DNA from: Octopus sinensis
Lineage: Eukaryota
Length of the DNA stretch: 64,000 bases
Reading direction: 5' to 3'
Assembly: GCF_006345805.1 (NCBI RefSeq)
Contig: NC_042999.1
Location: 138,942,001-139,006,000, forward strand
The notes below the pieces were generated by a model. That model had not been told where the DNA came from, searched no databases, and saw only the letters and a list, made by a program, of their open reading frames with translations. Position 1 is the stretch's first letter, and every line of letters starts with the position of its first letter. The position numbers and the translations under genes are program-made. This document shows positions 13,250-26,975 of this stretch, piece after piece.

Positions 13250-13867
13250 TTTTTCGTGTGCCATGCCTAAATGCGTCTGCGATTATGGACACCCTACATG
13301 CTAAAGTCTGAAGATTTACGATTTTTGTTGAGAAAGATACAACAGTGGTTACCTGTTGCTTTTCGTCAGTATATTTACATCTAATTCTGTTAGTTACCTG
13401 ATCTTCCGAGCTTACACTTGAAGAACAGTGTCTACTAAATTCTTGATCAGCGGACTAATTCACGTGATATCGGGGCATGCCCGTATAGCAGTGGCCTGTG
13501 TAACACATGTCTAGGGGCTGCTCTGCTCCGAGTCCTGTATGTTTTTTTCCACAGAATCCTCTTCTGCTATTTGACTCTTAGTTGTGGCCTTGATAGGTAC
13601 CATCACTCCGGACAAGACCGGACCTGGGTGTATGTTGTTTAAGGAGTAGCTCTATATTCGCCGCCCCCAAACTCATGAACTCCCAAGCTTTTCACCATCA
13701 TATGCAGTTTAATGTCTTACTCGGTTGTCTAGTCCAAGATACCACAAGAAACAAGATAATCACGGTTGGATTGCCAGGATCATAGGTCTGTTTGATCCAG
13801 AGCTCAACAATAACTGGGGGAGCCGCTGCCACTGCTTCTGCTGCTGCTACTACTACTACTACTTCTT

Positions 13868-13914
<47 letters not shown>

Positions 13915-13915
13915 G

Positions 13916-13947
<32 letters not shown>

Positions 13948-14492
13948 ACTACTACTACTACTACTACTACTACTCTACTACTACTACTACTACTACTACT
14001 ACTATAGCTGTTGCTCTAAACTATCTAATCCTTGATTCAGAGAAATGTGGATTTATGTACATTTGTATTACTGGGAGGTGCAGATGGGTTTGAAGGAAGC
14101 GTTCATATTCACAAGTCTTCCTGCAATAACGAGACAACCTCCTGACCTTATGACACGTCTTACTGTTAGAGGTGACGCAATGGCGTAAATATACGAAAGA
14201 CTTAAAGAATCGTGTTAGCCAAGAGAATGGCAACATTCAATGCCTTCAATAAATATGGGATTTCATGCGTTTGTAGATAAAGCCACAATACCTTACTTGA
14301 ATGGCAACCATAGGTATGTAAGAGACACGCGAAAGAAAGACTAAAACTAGAGATAATTATCAAATCTTAAGCAGTAAAACAAAATATTTGCTGTCTGGTA
14401 GGAGTAATCATAGACGATCCCGTTTAGTGTAGAGGATGAATAGATAACAAGAGGAGAGAGAAACTTGTTACAGTGTTGGTTAGAAGAAACCA

Positions 14493-14540
<48 letters not shown>

Positions 14541-14649
14541 GAGTGAGAGAGCAGTGCATGCCATCAAAGTGACACCGGGGTAAAATATACGAAGCCCAGT
14601 ATACCCATCATGACTACCCGTCTTATTATTATTATTATTATTATTATTA

Positions 14650-14688
<39 letters not shown>

Positions 14689-14712
14689 CATCATCATCAT
14701 CATCATCATCAT

Positions 14713-16212
14713 TGCCTTTGCACAGCTTCTAACGCTAGAGATGTACTACGGTGTCAGCTGTTCACTACCAGTGAACAAAGGTAACATTTCTTATTTTTCG
14801 AGCAACTTCCGGAGTATTCGAGCGGTTCCAAGGAGTACTGTTTTCAATCTTATTGCAGCCCCTATTTGTTCCACGTACTTCTCGAGATTTTTACTCACTG
14901 TTCCCAGGGCTCCGACAATTATTGGTACTACTGCTACCTTTTCATCGACCAGAACAACTTAACTTCCCAAGCTAACCTGTCATATCTATCGGCTTTTTTT
15001 TCTTCCTTATCGCATACCTCGTTGTCAGCTGGGCATGCTACATCTATGATTCAGTGTAGTTTGTTTTCTTTCTCAATTAAGGCTATGTCTGGTTTCCTAT
15101 TCTCTATTTTATGGTCGCACTGAATCATAAAATCTCATAGGATCTTTGCATTTCCATTTTCGACGATGACTTCAGGTTTGTGGTGGTACCAATTTTTTGC
15201 TCTGTCAAGTCTGTACTTGTTGCAAAGTGTCCAATGGACAAGCCTGGCTATATTGTCGTGGCGTCTCTTATATTCCTTCTGTGCTAGTGGCATATATTGG
15301 CTGGTAATATGCTACATGGTTTCACCATTTTGTCCACAGATTCTGCACTTATCACTTTCTGATGTGTTGTGTATTCTGTATTTTATGTGGTTTGTTCTTA
15401 GTGTTTGCTCTTGGGCAGCACAGATTAGAGGCCCCGCTTCTGGTTTTAAGTCACTTTTAGTCATCTACAGCCATCTTTTTACTCTGTCTTATCTTCAACA
15501 TCCATATGAAATTGATCATGTATTCGTTTCTTTACCCAGTTTCATTCGTTTTCAATTTCTTGTACAGTGCTTTATCTTTGCAATCTTTCATCCTGCACAA
15601 GCCTGACCTTCCTACTTCTAATAATAGCGCTTCTGTGGCGTTTTTTTTACGTACCATGCTATGTTGTTTTGTTTTGCTCTAATGCTGTGTTCGCATCCAA
15701 TAAGTCCTCTTCCCCCTCTTTTTCTTGGTACATACTGTCTGTCTTTGTCCCTTTTTGGGTGGAGTGACCCATATCTAGTCAGCAACTTCATTGCCTTCTT
15801 GTCTAAGTTGTTTAGTTCGTCTACAGTCTATGCGATTACCCCTGCTCCATATCTAAGGAGTAGATCCGCCCAGGTGTTTAATTTCGACTTACGGATCAGT
15901 CTGCGCAAGTACTCCACCTTAAATTTTTCTGTCATTTCTTTCTCCATTAATTTATCCATTTCCAAAATCCCCATGTACTTATAGCTCGTCTCTTCTATCT
16001 GCTTCATAACCTCCCCCGATGGTATCGTTAACCCGTCCATATATTTGATTTTCCCTCTCTTCAAGGCTAACACACCACACTTTTTCAGTCCGAACTCCAT
16101 TCTAATATTAGCACTGAAGGTATACACCGTATCAACGAGGGAACTGACTTGGGCTTCATCTTTACCATAATGTTTGAGGTCATCCATGAATAACAAATGA
16201 TTGACTTTTTGT
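14713..16212 (-). mobile_element. 5'-truncated R4/Dong-clade LINE (RT C-terminus plus restriction-like endonuclease)
   Basis: HLLFMDDLKHYGKDE...MEFGLKKCG...YKYMGI, zinc-knuckle CRICG, RHDNIA, ILWDF.IQCDHKIENRKPDI and IIDVACPAD remnants. The 3' end abuts an (ATC)/(ATT)n tract. Confidence 0.85.
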
Positions 16213-18415
16213 CACCATCACCACCACTACCATTATTATTATCATTATTACTATTTCCATTTATTATTAAAAGATTTTACTAAATGTTTTTGACGAAGAT
16301 TAAAAATATTCACGGAAATTGCAGATATTCCAGTCTTTGGAATAGTAGGAGGAAGAGATGTTTACCTTGTTGGATTTTTTTAATTTCTGAATTTCGTTTT
16401 CTTTCTCTTTTGGAATTTTTTTTTTCTTTTTAAAAGTTTTGCTGTGATTTACAGTTTTTGTAGTTGTGCGGTGTAGGCGCTTACTTCCTTAATTTTTTAT
16501 CGTGCATTTAATTGTGTTGTTACAATAAAAGGCATGTTTACATATTCTGTTAGCCAGGGAAGAAAGAAAGATAAAATGTTCACACAAAATTGGAGATATT
16601 AAAGTTTCCTAAATTTTTTTAGGTTTTCGTTTGTATTGGAATAAAGAGGATGTTTACATTTTCGAATACTCAGGAGAAAAGGAAAGGTTAGGTATTCACA
16701 GAAGTTGTAGACATTAACGGTTTTAAAGCTGCTCGTTTATGTGTTCGAAAACTGTAGATATGTAAGTTCCTTAACTTATTTTGAGGGAAATTCATAATAG
16801 TCACAGGAAACTGTAGATATTCCAGTCTTTTAGAGTTATTTTTCAGTTGTCCTGCTGTGTCTTCAGCTGCTGATAGGTCAGAGCAGCGAAGAACACATCC
16901 AGTCGCTATCACGTCCAATTATTAATTATTATTATTATTATTATTATTGCATAACTGGTGTCCAGCAGCGCCAGAGGGTGCAATAGAAGGGGTCGAAAAT
17001 GTTATCTGTCGACAGCTAGCGGATGCAATGTCGTCGTAGTGCAAGCTATGCATATCGTATTTGATGGAAAAATGGGCGCACTGGCATATTAGGGGCGCAC
17101 ACTAATTTCTGCATTGCATATTCAGGATAAAAAATTTTATTGCATTGAAGCTTATGGGAGGCCAAACTTCGCATATAGGCCCCAGGGTGACTTTTTTAAG
17201 GCTTTTTTTTGTGGAGGAAAAAGTGCGTCTTATATGCTACCAACTATGATAATAAAATAATATACAGTATGTGTGTGTGTGTGTGCGCGTGTGTGTCTGT
17301 GTATGTATGTATGTGCATCTGTTGGTGTTTACATATATGTATGTGTGTATGTGCGTGTACTCTCGTGTGTTTTGCAACAGTTCCTACGCTGCTATATGTC
17401 AGACAAGTCCGCATATGTGATACAGCAGAGACTTTATGGTTGAATGCCCTTCCTAATGAGTGACATACATATTCTTCCGCTGAATCCACTGAAGTGAGGT
17501 TATTATTGCTGTTATTACTGATGTTGTTGTTTTAGCTTCAAGTCAGTTCCTACCGAACAAGCTTATGATCAAGATGCACATCAGTTATGTCAATCTCGTC
17601 TCAGGTGCACTGTTTACCGGACTACATTACCCAATGTGTACTTCCTCCTTTAAGACGGAAAGGTGTGATTTTAAGGATATTTAGCCGCTATTTTTAGCTG
17701 ATTGATCTCGTAAGGTTGCAAACAATTACACTTGAAATAGTTCAACTACAATTTCATTGTCTTGGAAATTATATTTAAATACAATATTCAACAGTCGAGC
17801 ATCTGTGATCAAAAGCATACCACCTTTAAGATATTCTATATTAAGTCTTATTATGTGAATACTTTCTAAGAGTGTGATTTGAGAGATACTTGGCTGCTAT
17901 TTCTAGCAGGCTGGTCTAACACTTGAAAGCTGCTTCGTTAATTCACGATATTTTACTATGAATAGATACGGAAGTTCCCACACTGTGGACTAGATAGTAG
18001 CGCCCGGGAACTATATTTGATCTGTAGTTTCGATTCGTAGTCTAGACATCGAACTTAACTCGCACCTCATATATTTCTTAAGCAATCAACACGTTGCAAT
18101 GATTTCTTCAAGTTTCTTTTAAATGTGATTAAAAAAAGTGTTCCAGCCGTGACAATCCTGTATCTTTTTTGTTTTAGAACAACGTTTTCCTTTTTTAAGA
18201 GATTATAAATATGATTTAGTGTAATGTCTTGTCACTTAATTGGTATAGAATAAAGCAGGAATATTTCATAATAACTGAATGTTTCAAATATTCATAAATC
18301 TTCGATATTGCGTTGAAATGGGGCTGCATAAAGTAATTAATGAGAACACTTGAGTACATAATTTCATACAAGAATCTTTCAAATAGCATTTCGTCAACAG
18401 CTTTATGGTCTAGAT

Positions 18416-18736
18416 TAGGCCTGGCCAACTCGAATTACATTACGGGCCACTTTAATCCCAGAAACCTTTTTGAGGGCCGCTTTTATATTTTATGCACTAA
18501 TAGTCAAATAATCAAATTACAGAATCAAGAATTTTTCATACTTTTCATTTGTTTAAAATTATAAAATTGTAGGCTATTGCTTTATTCCCACTTATAATTT
18601 TAAATTTACTTTGAAACAAAAGTTTTACACAATTTTATTTTGAAATTAAACACAATACTAAGAAAGTATCAAGCGGGCCGCAAGATAAAGTCTGTGGGCC
18701 GCATGCAGCCCGCGGGCCTCAGGTTGGCCAGTCCTG
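18416..18736. mobile_element. hAT (Charlie-like) non-autonomous element
   Basis: TIRs taggcctggccaac and gttggccagtcctg, subterminal cgggcc repeats, left flank gtctagat (NTCTAGAN-type target). The TSD is degraded. Confidence 0.65.
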
Positions 18737-19094
18737 GTCAATGTCATTAGAAAAGTTTGCATAACGTGCTTTCTTTGTTATATTTTAAGAGATATTCCAA
18801 ACATGACTTCTCTCTTTTTTTTAATTGCCATCTTTTGTTTCGCAATTTATATATAGACGATCATCCATCATGAGACTCATATATATTTTTAATAGGATTC
18901 CTTTGTCTTCAACGAACATTTATACACATACACACATTTTCTTTATTTCCCTTATTTTAGTCGTTCGTTTATTATTTCAATTATAAATATTATTTTTTCA
19001 TGTTTCTGTTCTCACGTCTGCATTTTTCATTTTTATTGGCTTATATCTTTTTAATTGGGAAAAGGTTTAACTCGCCGCCACACACACACATAAA

Positions 19095-19486
19095 TGGATG
19101 GATGGAAGCACTCCGTCGGTTACGACGACGAGGGTACCGGTTGATCCGAATCAACGGAACAGCCTGCTCGTGAAATTAACGTGTAAGTGGCTGAGCACTC
19201 CACAGACACGTGTACCCTTAACGTAGTTCTCGGGGATATTCAGCGAGACACAGAGAGTGACAAGGCCGGCCCTTTGAAATACAGGTACAACAGAAACAGG
19301 AAGTAAGAGTGAGAGAAAGTTGTGGTGAAAGAGTACAGCAGGGATCACCACCATCCCCTGCCGGAGCCTCGTGGAACTTTAGGTGTTTTCGCTCAATAAA
19401 CACTCACAACGCCCGGTCTAGGAATCGAAACCGCGATCCTTTGACCGCGAGTCCGCTGCCCTAACCACTGGGCCATTGCGCCTCCA
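19095..19486 (-). mobile_element. tRNA-derived SINE family C (CpG-intact copy)
   Basis: Head tggaggcgcaatggcccagtggttagggcagcggactcgcggtc...gtttcgattcc and (TCCA)n tail. Second copy at 60476-60814. Confidence 0.85.
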
Positions 19487-20149
19487 CACACACACACATA
19501 AATACACACACATACGCGTGTGTGTGTGCTGTATGCATGTATGTTATATATGCAGTGGCCTTATGTCAGATTACATCATTATAACGCATTCTGATAGAGC
19601 TCCTTCTTATCCAAACTCTATGACATCAGGTGCATCCGAAGCTTCAATTTGTAATCCCACCCACTCCTCTTATATATCATCTACTTGCCCCCAATCTCCA
19701 TTCTTCTCAAACTTTCCACATCCAAGCTTTATCCACATGCAACCTATACGACTCACATCAAATTAAAACTGACAGCATGAACAAAAAACCTGGAAAATAT
19801 CTTCTGGTGAATTCATGCAAGTTTCGTCTGCATCGTAACATTGCGTTCCTCCTACAAGTCTTGAACAGCATGCACGAGGAACCTTGAAAGTCGTGGTAGA
19901 TTCCTGAATTCACTATATCTCTCACCGAACACACATATTCAACGTTGTAAAGACTGCATCACAAAAAGTGCTATTTGAAAGAGATTTTGCAAGTGTTTCT
20001 AAAAGGCGGAGCGACCATACAAGAAGATGTTTCTCAACGTTTTGCTGCATTTAAAAAAAAATTTCATTTTTCTAAAAAAAACCCCCCAAAACACAAAAAA
20101 AACGAAACAATAAAACCGTGCGTCCCAACACGAAAGTTTGTATGGTATG

Positions 20150-20191
<42 letters not shown>

Positions 20192-20325
20192 ACGAGTGTG
20201 TGTGTGTGTGCGTGTATGAGTGAGAGTGTGTGAGGGAGTGAGTGTGTGTGTGTGTGAGTGAGAGTGTGTGCGTAAGTGAATGTGTGTGTGTGTGTGAGCG
20301 TGAGTGCGCGTGCGTGTACGTATGT

Positions 20326-20380
<55 letters not shown>

Positions 20381-22130
20381 GATGATAATTAACCAAAATT
20401 CGGAGAAATGGGAGATGAAATATTTGTTCCATTTGCGGACTGCTCTTTTGTAATCCGTATGCAGTTATGTGAGCGACGCTAAAGCGTCCTGTACACATAA
20501 AGATAAACATGATTATACAGATATAGTTGTGCTATAACATAATGAACACGATTTCTCGTCAGTACATTTCAGGAACAGTAAATAGTTAGCTGTATATATT
20601 CGAAACTTTATGGCAGGTTTTATTCAGTTTTTACTTAGCTATGTCTCATTATGAAGTAATCCACGCCTCACAAGAAACACTGACATAGAGGGTCTCTTGT
20701 TGCTGCTGTTGATGAGACGACTAAATTTTAGGAATGAAAATTTGCGGTCACTATTAAAAAAAAAATGATATAGAAATTACTAAGAGAGAATTAACATGGA
20801 TACTTGGTTAGAACGCTGAATACCGCGTTAGTTACCTTGAAAGGACCTCTCATATAAAAGCATAAAAGCTCACATCTTTATATCGTTGACAGATGAAAAT
20901 CATCTGCAACGGGCCCTGAAGTACCAGATCCAGTGATTTCGACCTACCCAGTTTCCTCAGTGGCAGACGTCCTGTAGCTGCTCAGCTGCTACATTGTGGA
21001 GATACTTCATAATGAGGCTGCCTTATTTGATTCCTTACAACAAGGAATTTCACTTAGCTCTCTTGTGTTTTAAACCCTGATACACTCACCAACCCACTTA
21101 CAATATTTTAAAAGATATTAATGCCACAGTCGAATACTTTTCTACCAACATGACTTACTATTATTCAGATGATTTAGTATAACACTGCCAGGTGAAGATG
21201 CTAGCATATTATTGCAACTTTCTCATTACTTCATATATCTCTTAACTAAATCTTTATTTATGGTACCTATTTATTTCGAGCTGCCAGTGTTTTCTCTTCC
21301 ATCTTGGAGCTGTTTACTTAATTAACAGATAAATGTAGTAACGGGTGGGACGTAATTATGATAGTAATATATAAGTGTACAACAAAACTGAGTAAAAACT
21401 CTTTAGGATGATTCGAAAATTGGTCAGAAAAATGAGTAGGGGAGCCAATGAAAAGGGAGGAACAAAAAAGAGGGTGAAGAAATAATGGGAGAAAAAAATA
21501 GAGTGTATTGTAGCTAAACAGAAAAGATGGATAAAAAATGATTATCTGAGATGCGAAGGATAGAAATATTAAGAAAGAGAGAAAGAGAGAGAGAGAGAGT
21601 GAGGAAGAAAGGGAAAGGGGTGGTAAAATAGGGGGAGGGGAGTAAGTGAGAGGGAGCAAGGAGAGAGAAAGTAATAAGTGGTACTGGCAACAGAGAAAAA
21701 AAGTTTAATGTTTGCGAGAGAGTGAACAGCTAGAGAGAAAGTGAAGAGAGAGAGAGAGGGGGAGAGGGAGAGAGAGAGAGGGGGAGAGGGAGAGAGGGAG
21801 ATCGCGAGGTGGGGTGGAGAAATGGATAAGGAGTACGAAGGAAGAAAGTAGGTAGTGTGATAAAGTAGTAGGAGCGTTGTAATCATATTGACAAGAGATA
21901 CCAGCGTTAATGAACACTACTCATTAAAGGGTCAAGGAAGAGAACTCTGGAGATTTCAAATGGCTAAAACTTAGAGATCTGTAAAGAAGCTGTGATAAAA
22001 ACTCTGGACATGTTTCGATATCGTTAGCGCTCCTCAGCAATGACTCACTGAATAGCGAGAAAGTTTGAGAAGTGTAGAAAAAGATAATGTTTCGAACGAA
22101 TATGTATATACATATGTGTGTGTGTACGTG

Positions 22131-22182
<52 letters not shown>

Positions 22183-23062
22183 ATTAGCAGAATTACCCAG
22201 CACTACCCGCGTTTCAAATGTGTAAAAATTGTATATTGAACTTAAATAACATATAGCAACTTTTTATGTAATACCTTTTTCATGTAATTGTATTTGGGGA
22301 TTTGTGGATTTGTATTGTAATGAAGATACATATTTGAAGTTGAATTTTTCTAAGTTTCTATGAGCTTCCAGGAATGTGTTTTAAAAACAAATATCCTTAT
22401 ATTGGACTTTATTTATATTTACAAAATATGTTTATTCAGAAAGAGTTATGTGGTAGACATTTGTTGTTCTACGATTTGGTCCTCTAATAAAATAGATGCC
22501 GTATTCAACACGGTAGCATGCTTACTATGAGAAAAACATAAGCTTGTCAATTCAAGTCCTGCAGTTACTCTCTTCGCAACCTACTCAATTGGTCACGTCG
22601 TTCCGAACAGAGTCAACAAATAATAGTCCCAATCACTATAAGTTGTCTTACAAGGTATAAGGCAACCTTGCTAGTGCTGGTACTGCGGCAAAAGGTACCC
22701 AGTACTCTATATAAAGTGATTTCCAGAACGAGTAAAGGCAACATAGGGGTTATGAAAGCTTTTTGGTGAGGACATGACAATTTCTCTTGTTTTGGTACCA
22801 CGATAAACTGCACCCGGTGCAGACTGCAAAGCAGCTGGTGTTACGAAGGGCACATAGCCGCACAGAACATGCTAAAATAAAAGGCAAAAACGGGACAAGG
22901 TTCACCGATCTACTTGTTCGACCCAAGCGAGCACAGAAAATGAACATAAAATAATGATGTTAATATTGCACACATACGCACTCACTAACACACACGCACA
23001 CACACACACACAGACACACACACACACAGACACACACACACACAGACACACACAGACACAGA

Positions 23063-23109
<47 letters not shown>

Positions 23110-23633
23110 TTTATATATGTGTGTAAAAATAGATAGTTTGACAGAAAATGTGAAACAACATATGTGACGTTTATAACTTTCTCAAGGTCAACACGGATGG
23201 ATGAAACGCAAAAGAAATAAAATGGTAAAGAACAGAAGAGATGGACGTAGTGGGAGAGTGGGGCACGATATTGACTCATAGAATTGTGCAGAAGTGGGGC
23301 TTGCATATTTCGTAGAAGGGGTGGGGTGTTATCAAAAAAGCTTTTACCTCTTTCAAACTTACACCACCAGAAGTGCTTTTGGTGCTTGGTTCATATCTAC
23401 TTAGTGAATCAGATATTTGCACTAGAATCTACTCCTCCCACCAACTTCCCATCCATCTTTTACATCACACCTTCATCCCTACTAACCTTTACATCTATAT
23501 TACCCCTTCTCATTGCTTGTGAGTGAGTGGGATAGGTAAATATCATGTTAGCAGTGGCTACAGAGAGGATAGATTGAAGGTAACAGTCATATGGCTGATG
23601 TTATTATCGTTGAGGCTAATCTTATAAAAGGTA

Positions 23634-23845
23634 ATTCTTCTTCTTCTTCTTCTTCTTCTTCGTCGTCGTCGTCGTCGTCGTCGTCTTCTTCTTCTTCTTC
23701 TTCTTCTTCTTCTTCTTCTTCTTCTTCTTCTTCTTCTTCTTCTCACCCTCATCATCATCATCCATGCATTCGCCATAATTGTCATCGTTTTCGTTCCCTT
23801 CCCCGTCGTCGTCGTCTCCCCTCCTCCTCCTCCTCCTCCTCCTCG

Positions 23846-23885
<40 letters not shown>

Positions 23886-24990
23886 TGTCGTCATCATTGT
23901 CATCGTTATCTTTTTATTCTGATTTCAATTCTTCTCCTTCCTCATCGTCTACTAACTAGCTCTACATAACAGTATGGTCTGTTGTACAGATGTCAGAGCT
24001 GTAGATAAATGTTATCAAGCAGAAGATTCTCTCGGAGATGTTTGTATTAAAGGTTAGGGCTGGAAGAAGACAGAACGGAGAAATTAGTTAGAAAAAAAAA
24101 AAAGAAGCATTTTGTGAGTACGAGGGATGGTGTGGTGGGTAAGGATTCGTGTGAAGGAGGGGAGAGTAAATGTGGCTGTTGGTAAGAGGTGTGAGCTGGG
24201 GCAATGACGGGGTGAGGCGTTGGGGGAATAAAATGTGTTATATGAATGAAACCTACTCTCTCTTCACCTTATAAAATGCATCGTGGTCGTCATTATAATC
24301 TTCATCGTTGTATAGATAAACACTTGCAGTTTTCGCAGTCAACATCACCATCGTCATCGTCATCGTCTCGTCGTCGTTGTCGTCGTCATACTCTCCTTAA
24401 TCTTCTTCATTAACACCCTAATTATAATTAGCGCCATCACTGTAATTATGATGTTAATTATTACTAAGATCATCAAAGTTAACATCAGTCACTTAGCCTT
24501 TCTTCCCTCTTCACCCCCATCCCCTGCCGCTGCCATCGCCGCCGCCGCCGCCACCACCACCACCACCACCACACCACCACCACCACCACCATCACCACCA
24601 CCACCACCACCACCACCACCACCACCACCACCACTACCACCGCCGCCACCACCACCACCGTAGTCGTCGTCGTCATCATTATCACCAACCGTCGCAATAA
24701 TAATCATTCAGGATTATTACAACGAATCAAGGAAGGGACCATTATGATAAAAATAGCGACCAGATTTCTCTGCAAATCACGGCCTAAAGTCTTAGAAAAA
24801 GGAAGGCTCGACATACATTTTTTTAAAAAAACAAAGCAGTAGTCATTGTAGAATGTTTTTGAAGATTAGCTGAACCACCACCACAACCACCACCACCACC
24901 ACCACCACCACCACCACCACCACCACCACCACCACCAACAGCAACAACAACAACAACCGTCACTATATGTTTTCGTCGTCGTCGTCGTCA
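23634..24990. repeat. Cluster of trinucleotide microsatellites (TCT, TCG, TCC, TCA, CCA, CAA)
   Basis: Visible directly; source of the poly-S/R/K/P/G ORFs. Similar tracts occur at 9657-9718 and 13835-14003, and many (CA)n, (TA)n and (GA)n runs occur across 0-42 kb. Confidence 0.9.
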
Positions 24991-25229
24991 TCGTTGTTGC
25001 TTTTTAATTCATGTTTCTACAATAGTTTCTTGTCCTTCGTGAGTGTACATACTTATTTTCCACTTCTTGCTTTCCTCTGATACATTATTCTTGTTTCATA
25101 TGACATCCAGCGGGTCTCAGTTTGTATTTAAAAACCACTCAGAGAAGAAATGCCATTAGATAACAGATAAAGGTGTCATTTTTGTGTACGTACAGTCTAC
25201 CTGGCCATTTACATCTTGGCATGCAGTCG

Positions 25230-25365
25230 AACCTTAACCCTAACCCTAAGCTTGACTCTAACACTAACCCCAATTTTAAATCCTAACGTTAAACCCTAAC
25301 TCTAACTGTAATCCTAAACCTTAACACCTAAACCCTAATCCTAAACTCTAACGCCAATTCTAATC
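25230..25365. repeat. Degenerate telomere-like (CCCTAA)n tract
   Basis: accttaaccctaaccctaag...aaccctaactctaac...aaccctaatcctaaactctaac. Confidence 0.75.
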
Positions 25366-25892
25366 CAGATCAGGTAATTTCACAGTGTAGACTACGGATA
25401 TAGCAGTAGACTGCACGCTAAAGTATCCTCTCACCCACCCAATAAATTTCCGAAGCGTGAGTTTCAACATCGACGCTTGATCTACAAATAATAGTCAAAT
25501 CTCTTTCAGCTCATACCCTTTCGTTTTGACAATGAAAATCATTTCAAAATTTGTACTTGTGTAGTAAATGACTTAATCGAAGACCTATAGTGAAACTAAG
25601 TTTTAGCTATTTGAAATCTCCAGAGTTCTCTTCCTTGACCCTTTAATGAATAGTGTTCATTAACGCTGGCATTTCTTGTCAATATGGTTACAACGTTCCT
25701 ACTACTTTATCACACAACCTACATTCTCTCTTCATCTCTCACACTGCCAGTATTATCAGCTTTTCAATGACCACTCTTATGTGATTAGCGTTTAGTGAAG
25801 GAGGGAGTTCGATATTGCTGCCCTCTATTAAGTTTCTTGCTGTGATGTGGCCTTATCTGGGACGTTGGACAGTAGGAGACATGTATGTATGT

Positions 25893-26975
25893 CATTATTT
25901 AGTTTATTTCAAGATTTCTTGCCAATAGAGAAAGAATTGGTTTCTAACCGAGATCCACGGCTCCTTCATTGGAATTTCAACATCAACAACAGGGTATGTA
26001 TGTATGTATGTATGTATGTATGTATGTATGTATGTATGTATGTATGTATGTGCCGATTTGTATGTTTTATGTATGTATTCTCATGCATCTAGCGGCATAT
26101 CTAGACATGCTCATATATATTTAAATAAACTTCTGGAAAGTTTTACAGGTTTTTACAGATCCTGTGATGGATTGGATCTGTAGTCTTCGAATTAGCGTTC
26201 CTCTTTCTGGTTTTGAGAAGCCTAATTTCTCAAGATGGTATTTAGGCAGTGTGTTACATATCCCAGGGCCCCCATAATTACAGGTATTAACCAGAACTTG
26301 TAATCTGGATAGAGTAACAGCAGATTTCTCAATAGTTCAGCATAGATATTCTCTTTTTCACTGATCTTCAGCTTTATGTCAACATCCGCTGGGCAGCTAA
26401 TTTCCACAACTGTGCACAGTTTCACTTTTCTATCCCAAATCAATATATCAGGTCTATTGTGCTTACATTTTATTGAGGTCTTCACTGGTACATTCCACCA
26501 GTATTCCGTTTTATTATGATTGGCTATGGCTTCTACCATATTGTGGGTTCTTATTTCTTTGTCTTCGGGATTATCCTTCGGACGGATTAAATTATTGAGT
26601 GTCCTAGCTACAACATCATGTCTCATCGATAGATAATACCGTGATGACATTTTGGACAACTACTTTTGATGTGCATGATATCTTTAGTGTGAACTCCACG
26701 ATGTCTGCATCAGTTTTCACATTTTACGGCTTTTCCTGCATACTCTCTTTACTCTTTACTCTTTTGCGCATCAGGTACTTGGTTGATATTTCCTGTTCCT
26801 GGATTGCAAACGCATACCCTTCAAAGTAGGAGGTAGTAATCTGGCTATTGGTTCATGAGAAACTGCTTTGATGATTGATGTTATAATCATCACAGAGTTT
26901 TCTACTGACATATCCATGCATAGTCCTCTGCTCTTATAGGCTCATCCTTTCATCTGATAATACGTTGTGGTAGAG
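25893..26975 (-). mobile_element. 3' part of a second R4/Dong-like LINE family
   Basis: ORF 26222..26659 has RHDVVART, WWNVPVKT..KCKHNRPDILIWD and VEISCPAD (PD-D/ExK endonuclease). C-terminus LQIQSITGSVKTCKTFQKFI*. Bounded by (TATG)n. Confidence 0.85.

Noticed and set aside
19410-19486. tRNA-like sequence with A and B boxes (also at 28022 and 4880-4949)
   Set aside because: Each continues into a multi-copy SINE body and tail, so these are SINE heads rather than tRNA genes.
23558-24707. ORFs with poly-R, S, K, M, P, G or V, and the many YIYI, CVCV, THTH and LSLS ORFs elsewhere
   Set aside because: Translations of stop-free microsatellites, with no domain content or splice context.
25230-25365. 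True telomere or chromosome-fusion site
   Set aside because: Short, highly degenerate, in one orientation only and internal to ordinary sequence.
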